64,000 nucleotides of DNA from a virus (lineage: Duplodnaviria; Caudoviricetes). Positions 10,130 through 19,680 of the stretch are shown here, piece after piece (within the stretch, counting starts at the first letter, position 1; every line of letters begins with the position of its first letter). The DNA is taken from IMG/VR virus record IMGVR_UViG_2974727065_000001, positions 11,088 to 75,087 of that record. One strand, 5' to 3'. Below the pieces are notes generated by a model, which was not told where the DNA came from, searched no databases, and saw nothing but the letters and a program-made list of their open reading frames with translations. The position numbers were made by a program, and so were the translations under genes.

Positions 10130-10154
10130 ACTAACCAATCAGGAGATTGCTAGA

Positions 10155-13100
10155 ATGGACATCAATCAGAAGATTTTTGATCAGATCGTTGATCATATGG
10201 GTGATGTACGTCTCTTTGAGGAGAGCGTTCAAATCGGCAATCGCCGTATCATCCGTCGCCATAGAGAGCGCCTACGAGACCTTCTCCGTAGAGACCTCAA
10301 AGAACGAACACGTTCTAATGAACCTCTGCGTCGAGAACAATCACGTTTCGCTACAGAGCTTTTCTCATGGCAGAAAACAAACCTTATGGAATTGAGCACC
10401 GCTGAAATTGACTTTATCAGTGATGCGATCTATAAGCAAACAAGAGATTTTTACCGTACACGGAAGCCTTCCACAAGGGAACTCCTTGCTGAGATTACAG
10501 GTCCGGGTATGGTGGGTGAGAAATCACTCAAAGGGAACATCAGAAACATTTCTTCTGGTGAACTCATACGTATTCAAACAAAGGTAAAGGCAGGTCTCGC
10601 TGCTGGTGCTAAGCCTGATCAGATCATTCAGGAAGTCATGAAGACTACCAAGATCACTCAGCATCAAGCAGCCACACTCACGAGAACTTCAATCACCAGC
10701 ACCCAAAGGGAAGCTGTAATGTCGGTCATGGAGAACAATGATTCTCTGATCAAAGGTTACATGTTCTCCGCTATCCTTGATAGCCGGACTTCTGGTATTT
10801 GCCGTTATCACAATGGTAAGATGTATCCTATCTCCGAGAAACGCTACAGGCCACCACTCCACTTCAACTGTCGTTCTACGATGGTTCCTGTTCTCAAAAG
10901 CAAGTCTGAATTGGCTGCTTCTAAGTCTACTCGGATCAACAAAGATGCTCTTGCAAAGAAACAACCCCAAAGCCTTTCCGGTAAAGCTCCACCTAAAGAA
11001 TCCTTTGGTGAATGGCTGAAGCGTCAAGTTTTTGATGTCCAAGTGAAGATGCTTGGAAGTGAAACTAAAGCGAACCTCTTCCGAGAAGGTAAGTTGAAGG
11101 CTGAACAGTTCATCAATGCTGCAGGGGATGCACTATCGATTACTGCTCTCCGCCGTAGGGCTGCCCTCGCTACAGAGGTATTCACGCCACGTCAGAAGAT
11201 GCGTTCTGTTGATGTTGATATCCGGGTGTCTCGTCCGAGTACTCTGGTCAACAATCCTAAGTTCCGCACTGAGGTAAGAAACCTGTATGTACTCGACTCT
11301 GATGACTGGAACAAGACTTTCGCTCTGACTGACTTCAAAGGTACAACCCTTCAAGGTAAGCAAACGGCTCGTCGGCGTGTTGGTAATCAATTCGATGAGA
11401 GTAACCACAGCTTTGATCCCTTGACTGGTGAAGCGAAGAATAACAACCTCTATGATCCCAACTTCCAGTTGTATCAGGAGCGTCTTGACTTCATGCGTAA
11501 CTCCAAGATCCTTCGTCCAGAGCACAAAGGTTTCATCCAAAGCGTATCAGATAGTCTTGAAGATAAGGTGTCGGTGAACCAACAGACAGTTGTCGTTGAG
11601 AACCTCCGTGTTGTCCTTGAACGTGCTATCAAAGATGGTAAGCCTTGGGAAGACTTTGCTTCTGTACTCCGGGCTGAGAACCGTTTTGCAGTTCAGAACG
11701 TCTCACGTCTTCTGGACACTCGCCAAAGGAAACGTAACAATCTGTTCGCTCGTTTCTTCGGTTCTAAGGACAAACCTGAGATCCAGATCATGGGTAAGTA
11801 CTACACCTTGGACCAGTTGAACGCTGATATCTTGAAAGACCAGAGAGAGATTGACTCTTTCCGTCGCAAGTATGGAACCAAACTCGCGGCTGATCTTTAC
11901 CTCAAAGGTAAGGCTCCTGCTCGTGCCTACTTCCACGGTCTTGCAGGGAAGTTCCCAACCAAGAAGAAGATCAAGAAACGTCTTCTGGAAATGGTTCCTT
12001 TCAAGAAAGAGTATGACGCTTACGTCAAGAAACGTGGTGAACCTAAAGATGAATGGTGGATCCGTCAAGCTGCTAAGTTCAATGAAGCCTATCGAAATAT
12101 CATTGATGCTGAGTGGGCAACTCTGAGTAAGAAACCTTCAACAGCACTGCTGGATGATAAGGTGATCAACTCTCTGTCTAAGTCTGTCAAGCTTGTGGCT
12201 TCTGGTCAGATGACTGACTATGATGGTCTCGCTATTGCTATCGGTAAACAGATGGCGAAAGACTTCGAAGACATCCTTCCTTTCACAAAGCATACGCTTC
12301 AGAGCTACCACAAAGAAGGCTCTCGTATCCTTGATTACATGGTAAAGCGACGTCTGATCCGAACTAATTTCCGTGGTAAAACCCGCCGTGGTGTCTATGA
12401 TGTGGACACTGGTAGAGCCTCTGGCTCGTGGGGTGATACTGTATCCCGTGAGGTTGAGATTCTTGATAAAGACATGTTGAAGCTACAAGAAGCAGAACGC
12501 CGTGTGACTATCGCTCGTCGTCTCGGTGTAGTGAATCCTCGTGATCGTCTTTACGTCCGTGCTAACAAGAAAACCTACGTTGACTCTCGTGGTAACGACA
12601 CTGGTATTCCGATTATCTCCCGTAGTAAAGCCGCGAGCTATGATCCGAAACAGATCGACCATGAAATAGCTAACATGATGAACCATGCAATGAACGTCGA
12701 GTATGAGGTTGATAATCAGTTTGTTGACTTCATGGATAGTGTTGTTCGCTTCCGTGACCCTCGTGGTAATGCGAAGTACTATGACTCTATCAACGAGTTC
12801 CGTCATGACATCCTGAAACGTGGTGATGCTGGTTATGGTCTTATGACTACAGCTAAGTGGCACGCTCAAAGAGGTAAGCCCTTCAAGACCTATGTGTACA
12901 TTGACTCTCGTGGTCGTGTATATCATCGTGGTTACTTGACACCTACTGGTGGTGAAATGGTCCGTCCTTTCTTGAACGACTCGAAAGCTACTCCTATGAA
13001 TTTCCGCGCTCTGGAAGAGTTGAGACTTCAAACAGGTGCCTTGATCGGTCCCGGTACAGAGGCTCTGACTCACCAAGGTCGTATGGAGATCTTCAAAAGG

Positions 13101-14546
13101 CATAAGAAACAAATACTTGAACTCGGTGAAATCCTACTGCAAACTACTCAGAGAGATCGTCGCATCCGTGAGTTCCTTGAGCATCCGCTAATCCGTAGTA
13201 CGGAGGGTGTAGAGGTTCCTAAGATGGCCCGTCTCGCTATGGAGTATGCGCGTATTCATCGACACACAAAAGGTGACATCAACAATGATCGTCTCCTGAA
13301 AACTTACAAAACCAAACTGATGGTAGAGAACGATGCTTCGGCATCTGGTGCTCAGATTATCGGACTCTCAACAAGGGACCGTGATATCTCCTTCGCATCC
13401 AATGTTGTTCCTACCCCTCAGAAGAACCGTCTGTATGACCTCGTTGCTATGGACACTATTGATGACCCTGAGTTTAGAAAGATCCCGGCTCTTCGTGATG
13501 CTGGATTGACTTGGGAAGACCTTGCTAAAGGCGCTAAGGCGGCTAACATGGTTACATTCTATGGTGCTGGTGCTGCAACTCAGGCTGCAAACGTAACAAA
13601 CAAAATGGTGAAAGTCCTTCAAGGAAAGGGATTTATCACTGTGACCAAAGATGAGCTTACGAACCAACTTCGTATCATCGACGGTAAAATCAAGGTGGCT
13701 GATCGTATCGGTGCCTCGGTGACTGTTGATGAGCTACGAGCATTCCGTTCAGAACTCATTGATATGGTCAATAACCAACAAAGCACTGGAATCAAACTCC
13801 TGAAAGAAGCTGAAGACATTCACCCTGATACTGCTGAATTCGTTAGAAAACTAACTGATCGCCGTAAGGGTCTTGTCGGGCCGAAGGACTTTGAACGAGT
13901 TGCTGAGATTATGGCTAAGAACCTGAATGCCCGTGCTCCTGTTACGGGAAAGTTCATTCAGTTCTGGAAGAAGGTCGCGAAAACGTATGTGAATGACTCT
14001 CAAAGCGTAGATATCCCGTGGGTAACGTTTGATGGGAAAACCATGATGCAGCGTTATCGTCCTCAACTCCAACAGAGGATCGATTTTACTGATCCTGTTT
14101 CTGGCCGAAAGATTATGAACATTTATCAAGCGGAAGCCGAAGACGGTAAACTACTTGGTAAGGGTTCGGTTGCAGACGCCTCGATTGGTCTTGGTGTTAA
14201 CGGCAACCACTCCAACGATGCCGTGATCGTTCGAAGGTTCCACTTGTGGGGCCGGAAGGAAGGTATCTCTACTGGAACCATCCACGATGCTTTCTTTACA
14301 AACGTCGCGGAAGCTGATCGTGCTGTTTATAAACTGCGAGAGATTTACGCAGATGCTATGGAGAGCAACACGATTGCAAATACCCTGAAGGCTATGCGTA
14401 AGCATGGTATGTCAGAAAAGAACTACAGAGCATTGCTCCGTGAGGCGAAGGAACTCGGTCTGATCAACCCTGCTAATCCTGTGCGCCGTGAGGAAGTGCT
14501 CGCCCCGATCCCGGAAGGTCAAACCTACTATGGGATTGGTCCGTAA
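10155..14546 (+). CDS. MuF (SPP1 gp7-like) head protein fused to a single-subunit T7-type RNA polymerase; putative virion RNAP
   Basis: MuF motifs: LDSRTS.IC, PPLHFNCRS, ESFGEWLKRQ. RNAP motifs: DSRGRVY, A (NDASASGAQ), B (AKAANMVTFYG), NHSNDA and C (IHDAF). ATG 10155 follows AGGAG; the ORF-track start at 10065 lies inside the tRNA. Confidence 0.88.
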   Translation: MDINQKIFDQIVDHMGDVRLFEESVQIGNRRIIRRHRERLRDLLRRDLKERTRSNEPLRREQSRFATELFSWQKTNLMELSTAEIDFISDAIYKQTRDFYRTRKPSTRELLAEITGPGMVGEKSLKGNIRNISSGELIRIQTKVKAGLAAGAKPDQIIQEVMKTTKITQHQAATLTRTSITSTQREAVMSVMENNDSLIKGYMFSAILDSRTSGICRYHNGKMYPISEKRYRPPLHFNCRSTMVPVLKSKSELAASKSTRINKDALAKKQPQSLSGKAPPKESFGEWLKRQVFDVQVKMLGSETKANLFREGKLKAEQFINAAGDALSITALRRRAALATEVFTPRQKMRSVDVDIRVSRPSTLVNNPKFRTEVRNLYVLDSDDWNKTFALTDFKGTTLQGKQTARRRVGNQFDESNHSFDPLTGEAKNNNLYDPNFQLYQERLDFMRNSKILRPEHKGFIQSVSDSLEDKVSVNQQTVVVENLRVVLERAIKDGKPWEDFASVLRAENRFAVQNVSRLLDTRQRKRNNLFARFFGSKDKPEIQIMGKYYTLDQLNADILKDQREIDSFRRKYGTKLAADLYLKGKAPARAYFHGLAGKFPTKKKIKKRLLEMVPFKKEYDAYVKKRGEPKDEWWIRQAAKFNEAYRNIIDAEWATLSKKPSTALLDDKVINSLSKSVKLVASGQMTDYDGLAIAIGKQMAKDFEDILPFTKHTLQSYHKEGSRILDYMVKRRLIRTNFRGKTRRGVYDVDTGRASGSWGDTVSREVEILDKDMLKLQEAERRVTIARRLGVVNPRDRLYVRANKKTYVDSRGNDTGIPIISRSKAASYDPKQIDHEIANMMNHAMNVEYEVDNQFVDFMDSVVRFRDPRGNAKYYDSINEFRHDILKRGDAGYGLMTTAKWHAQRGKPFKTYVYIDSRGRVYHRGYLTPTGGEMVRPFLNDSKATPMNFRALEELRLQTGALIGPGTEALTHQGRMEIFKRHKKQILELGEILLQTTQRDRRIREFLEHPLIRSTEGVEVPKMARLAMEYARIHRHTKGDINNDRLLKTYKTKLMVENDASASGAQIIGLSTRDRDISFASNVVPTPQKNRLYDLVAMDTIDDPEFRKIPALRDAGLTWEDLAKGAKAANMVTFYGAGAATQAANVTNKMVKVLQGKGFITVTKDELTNQLRIIDGKIKVADRIGASVTVDELRAFRSELIDMVNNQQSTGIKLLKEAEDIHPDTAEFVRKLTDRRKGLVGPKDFERVAEIMAKNLNARAPVTGKFIQFWKKVAKTYVNDSQSVDIPWVTFDGKTMMQRYRPQLQQRIDFTDPVSGRKIMNIYQAEAEDGKLLGKGSVADASIGLGVNGNHSNDAVIVRRFHLWGRKEGISTGTIHDAFFTNVAEADRAVYKLREIYADAMESNTIANTLKAMRKHGMSEKNYRALLREAKELGLINPANPVRREEVLAPIPEGQTYYGIGP

Positions 14547-14623
14547 TAACCTGAAGCTGGCTGTCTGTGATGGTCATGCAATTTAAACTTTCGTAAGTTG
14601 TACTTACAAGGAGAAACTATACA

Positions 14624-15370
14624 ATGGCAAAAACTGCTGAAGAACTCGAAGCTGAACTGGAACGTCTGCGCAAGCAACTCGCTGGAGAGGAGTCCAATGA
14701 AAACGGTGAAACAAGCGAAGAAGAAACCAATGAGGACGAAACCGAAAACGAAGACAACGGTGAAGCCAACGAGGAAACCAACGAAGAGACCGAAAACAAG
14801 CAACTGACCGAAGAAGAAATCAAGGTCGCTGCTCTGAAAGAGTCCCTGAACAAACTGGACAAGAAACTCAAGGAAGAAGCCAAAGCTCGCGCTGCTGCTG
14901 AGAAGAAACTCAAAGATGCTGAGATTGAGCGTCTGCGTAGCGAAGGTAAAGAGGCGGAAGCTCTCAAAGCTCAAATGGAGCAGCTGGAAGCTGAGCTTGC
15001 TGTATTCCGTGATGAAAACACTGCTCTGAAACGTGACCGCGTTCTGGACGATGCTTTGTCTGGTGTTGAATTCCGTAATGACCGTAGCCGTGCTATGGCT
15101 CGTCGGGAGATCGTTGAAAATCTCACTCAAGATGAGAATGGTAGCTGGGTATCGAAAGATGGATCCTCGATCGATGACTATGTTACCGCCTATACTGAGT
15201 TGGAAGATAATAGCTTCCTGTTCAAGCAAAAGACTAACCGTGGTTCGCAATCGCAACCCGGATCAACCCCTAATACGGGTGATGAGACACCCAAATCTAT
15301 TCTTGATGTTCCGCAAGATCAATTTATGAAACAAATCGAAAAGAAACTGCGGTCTCAAGGACTCCGATAA
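14624..15370 (+). CDS. Capsid scaffolding protein
   Basis: Acidic N-terminus, long coiled coil and FLFK..RGS tail; immediately upstream of the capsid gene. Confidence 0.8.
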   Translation: MAKTAEELEAELERLRKQLAGEESNENGETSEEETNEDETENEDNGEANEETNEETENKQLTEEEIKVAALKESLNKLDKKLKEEAKARAAAEKKLKDAEIERLRSEGKEAEALKAQMEQLEAELAVFRDENTALKRDRVLDDALSGVEFRNDRSRAMARREIVENLTQDENGSWVSKDGSSIDDYVTAYTELEDNSFLFKQKTNRGSQSQPGSTPNTGDETPKSILDVPQDQFMKQIEKKLRSQGLR

Positions 15371-15385
15371 GAAGGAAAATAAACA

Positions 15386-16507
15386 ATGACTATCTCTACT
15401 TCCCAATTTCAGGTAATCGAAGAAGTCGTGCGCCAGTACGCGCATGAAGCCTACACCAACTCGAAGAAACTGGTCGGCACTGGTATCGTGGGTCAGCGTT
15501 CCGACGTTGATGGCGATGTTGAATCGTACATCGGTCAGTTCCGCTGGTACAAACCCCTGAACCCGACCGTTAACGTTGCCTCGGCTACCGATGCGACTGA
15601 CGGTACCCTGACCGACATCAGCACCGACAAAGCCAAGTACGTGAAGACTGTCCGTACCTTCGGTGGTGAACAGGTGAACGTTGCTGAAGTGATCACCAAA
15701 GAAGATGGCCTGAAGAAACTGGCTCGCGATCTGGCCCAAGTCCAAATGGACGACCAAGGCGAAGCTCTGATGGCTGTTCTGAAGGGTGTCGCTGCTACCG
15801 AAGTTGAAGCAGGTAATGCTGCTGGCGGTGGTAACGGTGGTATCGTTGACTTCGACACTGACGCTGATGCTGCTAACACTGGTATGTTCGTTGACATCAA
15901 CGCTGACTCGCCCGTGTTCGGTTCCGCTGCAACTGGTGCTAACGACGCCCGTAAACTGTTCGACTCGAACGGTATCGGTGCTGCTCGTGGTGAGCGTCTG
16001 TTCCAAGCTCTGGGTATGGGCTTCAAGGACCATGAACCGAACTTCATGTATATGGCTGCTTCTCCGCAGACTATTGCTGAACTCCGTGCTGCTAACCTCG
16101 TGGACGAAACGAAGGTGACTGACGGTGAACTCGAATTCACCACTGTCTTTGATGGTAAGTTCCGTCTCCTGCCGACCCGTCAAGGTCAGATGGCTGGTGG
16201 TCTCACCGCTGGCAACCTGAACGCTCAGTCCACCAAATGTACCTTCATTATGAAGCCGAATGCTGTGTCGTTTGCTCCGGTTCAGGCTCCGATGCCTGTT
16301 GAACTGGATCGGAATGCTGCTGCTTACCGTGGTTCGGGTAAAACCCAACTGTGGTACCGCTGGGGCTTCGTGTTCCACCCCGAAGGTTACACTTGGGCAG
16401 GTAGCGAGAACGAGTTCGCAACCAACGCTGCTTATGGTGCTGCTGCTTCGTGGACCCGTAAAGTGTCGGCTCTGAACCTGCCGATCCTGCCGATCTTCCA
16501 CGCGTAA
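15386..16507 (+). CDS. Major capsid protein
   Basis: 373 aa, strong codon bias, follows the scaffold; C-terminal W.R.GFVFHPEGY.W pattern. Confidence 0.85.
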   Translation: MTISTSQFQVIEEVVRQYAHEAYTNSKKLVGTGIVGQRSDVDGDVESYIGQFRWYKPLNPTVNVASATDATDGTLTDISTDKAKYVKTVRTFGGEQVNVAEVITKEDGLKKLARDLAQVQMDDQGEALMAVLKGVAATEVEAGNAAGGGNGGIVDFDTDADAANTGMFVDINADSPVFGSAATGANDARKLFDSNGIGAARGERLFQALGMGFKDHEPNFMYMAASPQTIAELRAANLVDETKVTDGELEFTTVFDGKFRLLPTRQGQMAGGLTAGNLNAQSTKCTFIMKPNAVSFAPVQAPMPVELDRNAAAYRGSGKTQLWYRWGFVFHPEGYTWAGSENEFATNAAYGAAASWTRKVSALNLPILPIFHA

Positions 16508-16525
16508 TAGAAGGAGAAAGAGCTA

Positions 16526-17035
16526 ATGGCACTAACTGTAGGAACAAACAGCTATGTAACCGTCGCTGAGGCAGATGCCTACTTCGGTGATCGGCTCAAT
16601 GCCGACAGCTGGACTTCTGCAAGTGTCGCTATCAAAGAACAAGCACTGGTTACGGCCACTCGCTTCGTTGATGAGCGGTCTTGGATTGGTCAGGCTGTTA
16701 GCTCTTCCCAGAAACTAGGGTGGCCCCGCAATGGGGCTACCTACCTCGACCCTAAACTTGGGGTTCAAATTTCCGTACCTAATGATGAAGTCCCTGAAAG
16801 GGTCAAATCTGCTGTGTTCGAGCAGGCACTCCATTTCATCAATAATGGTGCAGTTCTCGGTAGTTCATCGAATGTCTATGAGTCTATTACGGTAGGCTCT
16901 ATCTCTCTAACTGATGCAAACTCAAAGTCTAAAGTTTCCAAAACAGCTTCCTCAGTTATTTCCTTGGTCGGTCCTCTGGTCCGCTTTGGTTCTAACGGCT
17001 CTGGTGGGGGTAACACTTGGTGGAGGGCTTGGTAA
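16526..17035 (+). CDS. Head-tail adaptor (DnaT-like family)
   Basis: NSYVTVAEADAYF..R...W, Q.LGWPR and VP..VK.A..E motifs. Confidence 0.75.
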   Translation: MALTVGTNSYVTVAEADAYFGDRLNADSWTSASVAIKEQALVTATRFVDERSWIGQAVSSSQKLGWPRNGATYLDPKLGVQISVPNDEVPERVKSAVFEQALHFINNGAVLGSSSNVYESITVGSISLTDANSKSKVSKTASSVISLVGPLVRFGSNGSGGGNTWWRAW

Positions 17036-17374
17036 ATGAGTTTGAGGAAAACACTGAACGACGCTGTAGATCAAGCTTTCCTAGCTTGTGGTGATCTTGT
17101 CCGAAGTGTGACTCTCAATGCTGAAGATGTAACTGGTTTTGATAATGCAACACAAACCGTTATCAGTACACCACAAACTGTTACAGCAGATGCTATCCTT
17201 CTGAAACGCTTCATTAATGGAGAAGGTCAGATTGAGGCGCATTTTATCTTTAAAGCAAGAGAAGTTCCCCTGAACAAGTACATCGATCTCGTTGTTGGTT
17301 CTGAGACCTTCCGCATCGTCAGCTTTGACTCGAATGAGTTCTCGGTTGATGTTATCGCTAAGAAGGAGAACTGA
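17036..17374 (+). CDS. Putative head-closure protein
   Basis: Size and position in the neck module. Confidence 0.55.
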   Translation: MSLRKTLNDAVDQAFLACGDLVRSVTLNAEDVTGFDNATQTVISTPQTVTADAILLKRFINGEGQIEAHFIFKAREVPLNKYIDLVVGSETFRIVSFDSNEFSVDVIAKKEN

Positions 17375-17376
17375 TA

Positions 17377-17772
17377 GTGGCAAACAAGTTTGAGAAAGTA
17401 GTCTCTGATATTGGTGAAGTCCTTGGTGGCATTGCTAGTGTAGAGATCTATCCTGATGACTATCAAGGTAACATTCAAAATGAGACCCGCTTTGTTCGGT
17501 ACTCTATTCTTTTCGGTGTCTCAGATGATCTGGATCATCAACGAGCGACAGAGCTTTCTGGCTATCTCGTGATGCGAATTTTCTCTGAGAAGGGCTACGC
17601 AGGAAAGACAGGGTACAGTATCGCAGGTGATCTTGATGACGCACTTGAAGGTAAGAAACTCCAAAGAGGTACAACTCTGGGAAAATCCACTCTAACACAA
17701 CCTATGGAAGATGAAGGTAATAGCACTTTGATTATGATGCAGTACCTCCTTCCTTTCACGCTATTTACGTAG
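17377..17772 (+). CDS. Putative tail terminator/completion protein
   Basis: 131 aa, immediately before the tail tube. Confidence 0.55.
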   Translation: MANKFEKVVSDIGEVLGGIASVEIYPDDYQGNIQNETRFVRYSILFGVSDDLDHQRATELSGYLVMRIFSEKGYAGKTGYSIAGDLDDALEGKKLQRGTTLGKSTLTQPMEDEGNSTLIMMQYLLPFTLFT

Positions 17773-17784
17773 GAGAATCACACA

Positions 17785-18309
17785 ATGGCACATATTTCCA
17801 CTCTCGACTCTGGGGTATTCTCGTACCTCGACATCTTTAAAGGCAACATTTCCGCACTCCCTGCTGCTCCGGCTGCTGGTGACTTTGCGGCTCTGTTCAA
17901 CGGTGGCGCGGCTGATACAGTCCGTATGCCTTCGGTTCGGGAATTCCCCGCAATCGGTAACGCTGCTAACATCACCAACGTTCCTGTCTTCGGTCAGAAA
18001 CAGAGTTCTCAGGTGTCCGGTCAGGCTGATGCCCCGACTATGGACGTTACTGTCAACTACGTTCCTTCCGAAATGGAAGAGATCGAAAACCTGAAGAAGC
18101 AACGTGTGGCATTCCGCTTCATGATGGCTCGTGAAGAGGTCACTGTTGCCGAAGGTGCTGGTGCAACTCTGTCCAAAGAGAACACCGAGTTCTACTTTGT
18201 TGGTGTTATCGAAGCTGTTCAGGTTACTCCGTCGCTGACGGATGCTAACACTGCGGTGGTTAACATCTCGATCAAGGGTGACTTTGTTGGCCCTGCAACT
18301 ATCGCCTAA
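17785..18309 (+). CDS. Major tail tube protein
   Basis: VREFP.IG..ANI.NVP.FGQ..S.QVSGQADAPT pattern; upstream of the chaperones and tape measure. Confidence 0.78.
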   Translation: MAHISTLDSGVFSYLDIFKGNISALPAAPAAGDFAALFNGGAADTVRMPSVREFPAIGNAANITNVPVFGQKQSSQVSGQADAPTMDVTVNYVPSEMEEIENLKKQRVAFRFMMAREEVTVAEGAGATLSKENTEFYFVGVIEAVQVTPSLTDANTAVVNISIKGDFVGPATIA

Positions 18310-18352
18310 TAGGTTACGTTAAAGAGGGGGAGTCCTTCGGGGTTCCTCCTCC
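18309..18352 (+). promoter_or_regulatory. Class II promoter-like motif followed by a UUCG hairpin
   Basis: ATAGGTTACGTTAAAGAGGGGG then AGTCC-TTCG-GGGTTCCTCCTC. Confidence 0.7.
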
Positions 18353-18365
18353 CTATGAGGTATAC

Positions 18366-18596
18366 ATGAAAAAGAACATGAAATTCAGTAAGGCATTCGT
18401 GATGGATGCTACCTTGACCCACTCTCTCCGAGCGATTGAGATTAGCCGTAAGAAGGTTTATGCTCGTCTGAGTGAGCTTGAAGGGTCAAATGATCCTGCA
18501 ACCGCAGGTGAAGTATTAGAAACACTTTCTATCCTTGAGGGATGGAAGCGAACACTTGAGAAATGGCGCGATGATAATCCGCAGCTGTTCAAATAA
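18366..18596 (+). CDS. Hypothetical protein
   Basis: RBS GAGGT; 76 aa. Confidence 0.6.
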   Translation: MKKNMKFSKAFVMDATLTHSLRAIEISRKKVYARLSELEGSNDPATAGEVLETLSILEGWKRTLEKWRDDNPQLFK

Positions 18597-18608
18597 GGAG
18601 AAATAAGA

Positions 18609-18932
18609 ATGAAAAATCTGGTTGGTAAGCGAGTCGAGAAATCGGTAGACTTCGTTGGTGATCAAGTTGTGATCCGTAAGCTTTCGGTATCGGAAGTAAT
18701 GGAAGTCCAGAAACTCGTTGCTGAACACGGTGGTGTCAAAGAAGGTGATGATCCTTCGAACCCGATGGCACTGGTCCGTGGCGTTATCCGCCTTGGTGTC
18801 AATGGTGCTGATGAACTCACTGATGAGGACTTCGACACATTCCCGATTGACGAACTGAACACTCTCGTTTCTGCTGTTCTTGCCTTCTCCGGTATTGGAG
18901 AGGAAGCAGCAAAGGAAGCTGAGGGAAACTAA
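18609..18932 (+). CDS. Tail assembly chaperone (gpG-like)
   Basis: Between tail tube and tape measure; ends in the slippery heptamer G GGA AAC. Confidence 0.8.
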   Translation: MKNLVGKRVEKSVDFVGDQVVIRKLSVSEVMEVQKLVAEHGGVKEGDDPSNPMALVRGVIRLGVNGADELTDEDFDTFPIDELNTLVSAVLAFSGIGEEAAKEAEGN

Positions 18933-19315
18933 CCGACGATGAGTTAGCTATCTACGATCTGGCTATGATGCTAGGGATTCCTGTTTACCAGATCGTAGAT
19001 GAAATGCCCTATTCAGAACTGCAAGGATGGTTCAAGTATTTGAAAGTACGTCCTTACGGCTGGAGAGAAGACTACCGAGCGTGGTCCATCATGTCCAGTG
19101 TTAGTATGAATGGTGGTAAGCAGAAACCCGAAGAAGTATTTGATAGCTTGAAAGCTGTCTTCAATCACCAACGTTCTAAGAAACTTAAACTCGCTGAAGG
19201 TGCAGTCCCGCAAGGGGTATTCCTTCAGAAGATCCTCACCGCGAAGGGTGGTGATGGTCATGACTTCGCAAAAGTTATGTCTGATGCCATAGGAGGTGAA
19301 AAGAAAGATGTTTAA
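18923..19315 (+). CDS. Tail assembly chaperone -1 frameshift extension (gpGT-like)
   Basis: The -1 frame at GGGAAAC reads GKLTDDELAIYDLAMMLG... and continues into ORF 18965-19315. Confidence 0.75.
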   Translation, partial: GKLTDDELAIYDLAMMLGIPVYQIVDEMPYSELQGWFKYLKVRPYGWREDYRAWSIMSSVSMNGGKQKPEEVFDSLKAVFNHQRSKKLKLAEGAVPQGVFLQKILTAKGGDGHDFAKVMSDAIGGEKKDV

Positions 19316-19616
19316 CGTAAGTTTGGATGTTGTTGACTTCCACAAGGAAATCAGGGCTGCTGCTGAAGAAGCCGAACTCATCGCTGAAGAAGATGTACAA
19401 GGTCGTATTGATCTTGCTGTAGATCTCTTGAGAAAAGTTACACCTGTTGATACAGGTTACGCACGTAGTCGTTGGAAAGTGAAACGATATCTGCTCGTTC
19501 CCGGAGGAGAGATCACCAACGATGCTGACTATATCTTGAGACTAAACCAAGGGCATAGCCAACAGGCTCCTAAGTTCTTCATTGAACAGGCGCTTATTGC
19601 TGCTCGAATAATCTGA
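19308..19616 (+). CDS. HK97 gp10-like tail completion protein
   Basis: TPVDTG.ARS.W and L..GHS.QAP.F motifs. Confidence 0.75.
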   Translation: MFNVSLDVVDFHKEIRAAAEEAELIAEEDVQGRIDLAVDLLRKVTPVDTGYARSRWKVKRYLLVPGGEITNDADYILRLNQGHSQQAPKFFIEQALIAARII

Positions 19617-19620
19617 ATCC

Positions 19621-19664
19621 GCCCAAGATGGCCCCACTAACCGGGACTGTCTTGGGCATTTTTT
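19621..19664 (+). terminator. Intrinsic terminator upstream of the tape measure gene
   Basis: GCCCAAGATGG...CTGTCTTGGGC stem followed by ATTTTTT. Confidence 0.65.
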
Positions 19665-19680
19665 ATAAAGGAGAAACCGT

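Noticed and set aside
10065-10154. ORF-track GTG start for the MuF-RNAP
   Set aside because: It lies inside the CAT tRNA; the ATG at 10155 has an AGGAG RBS.
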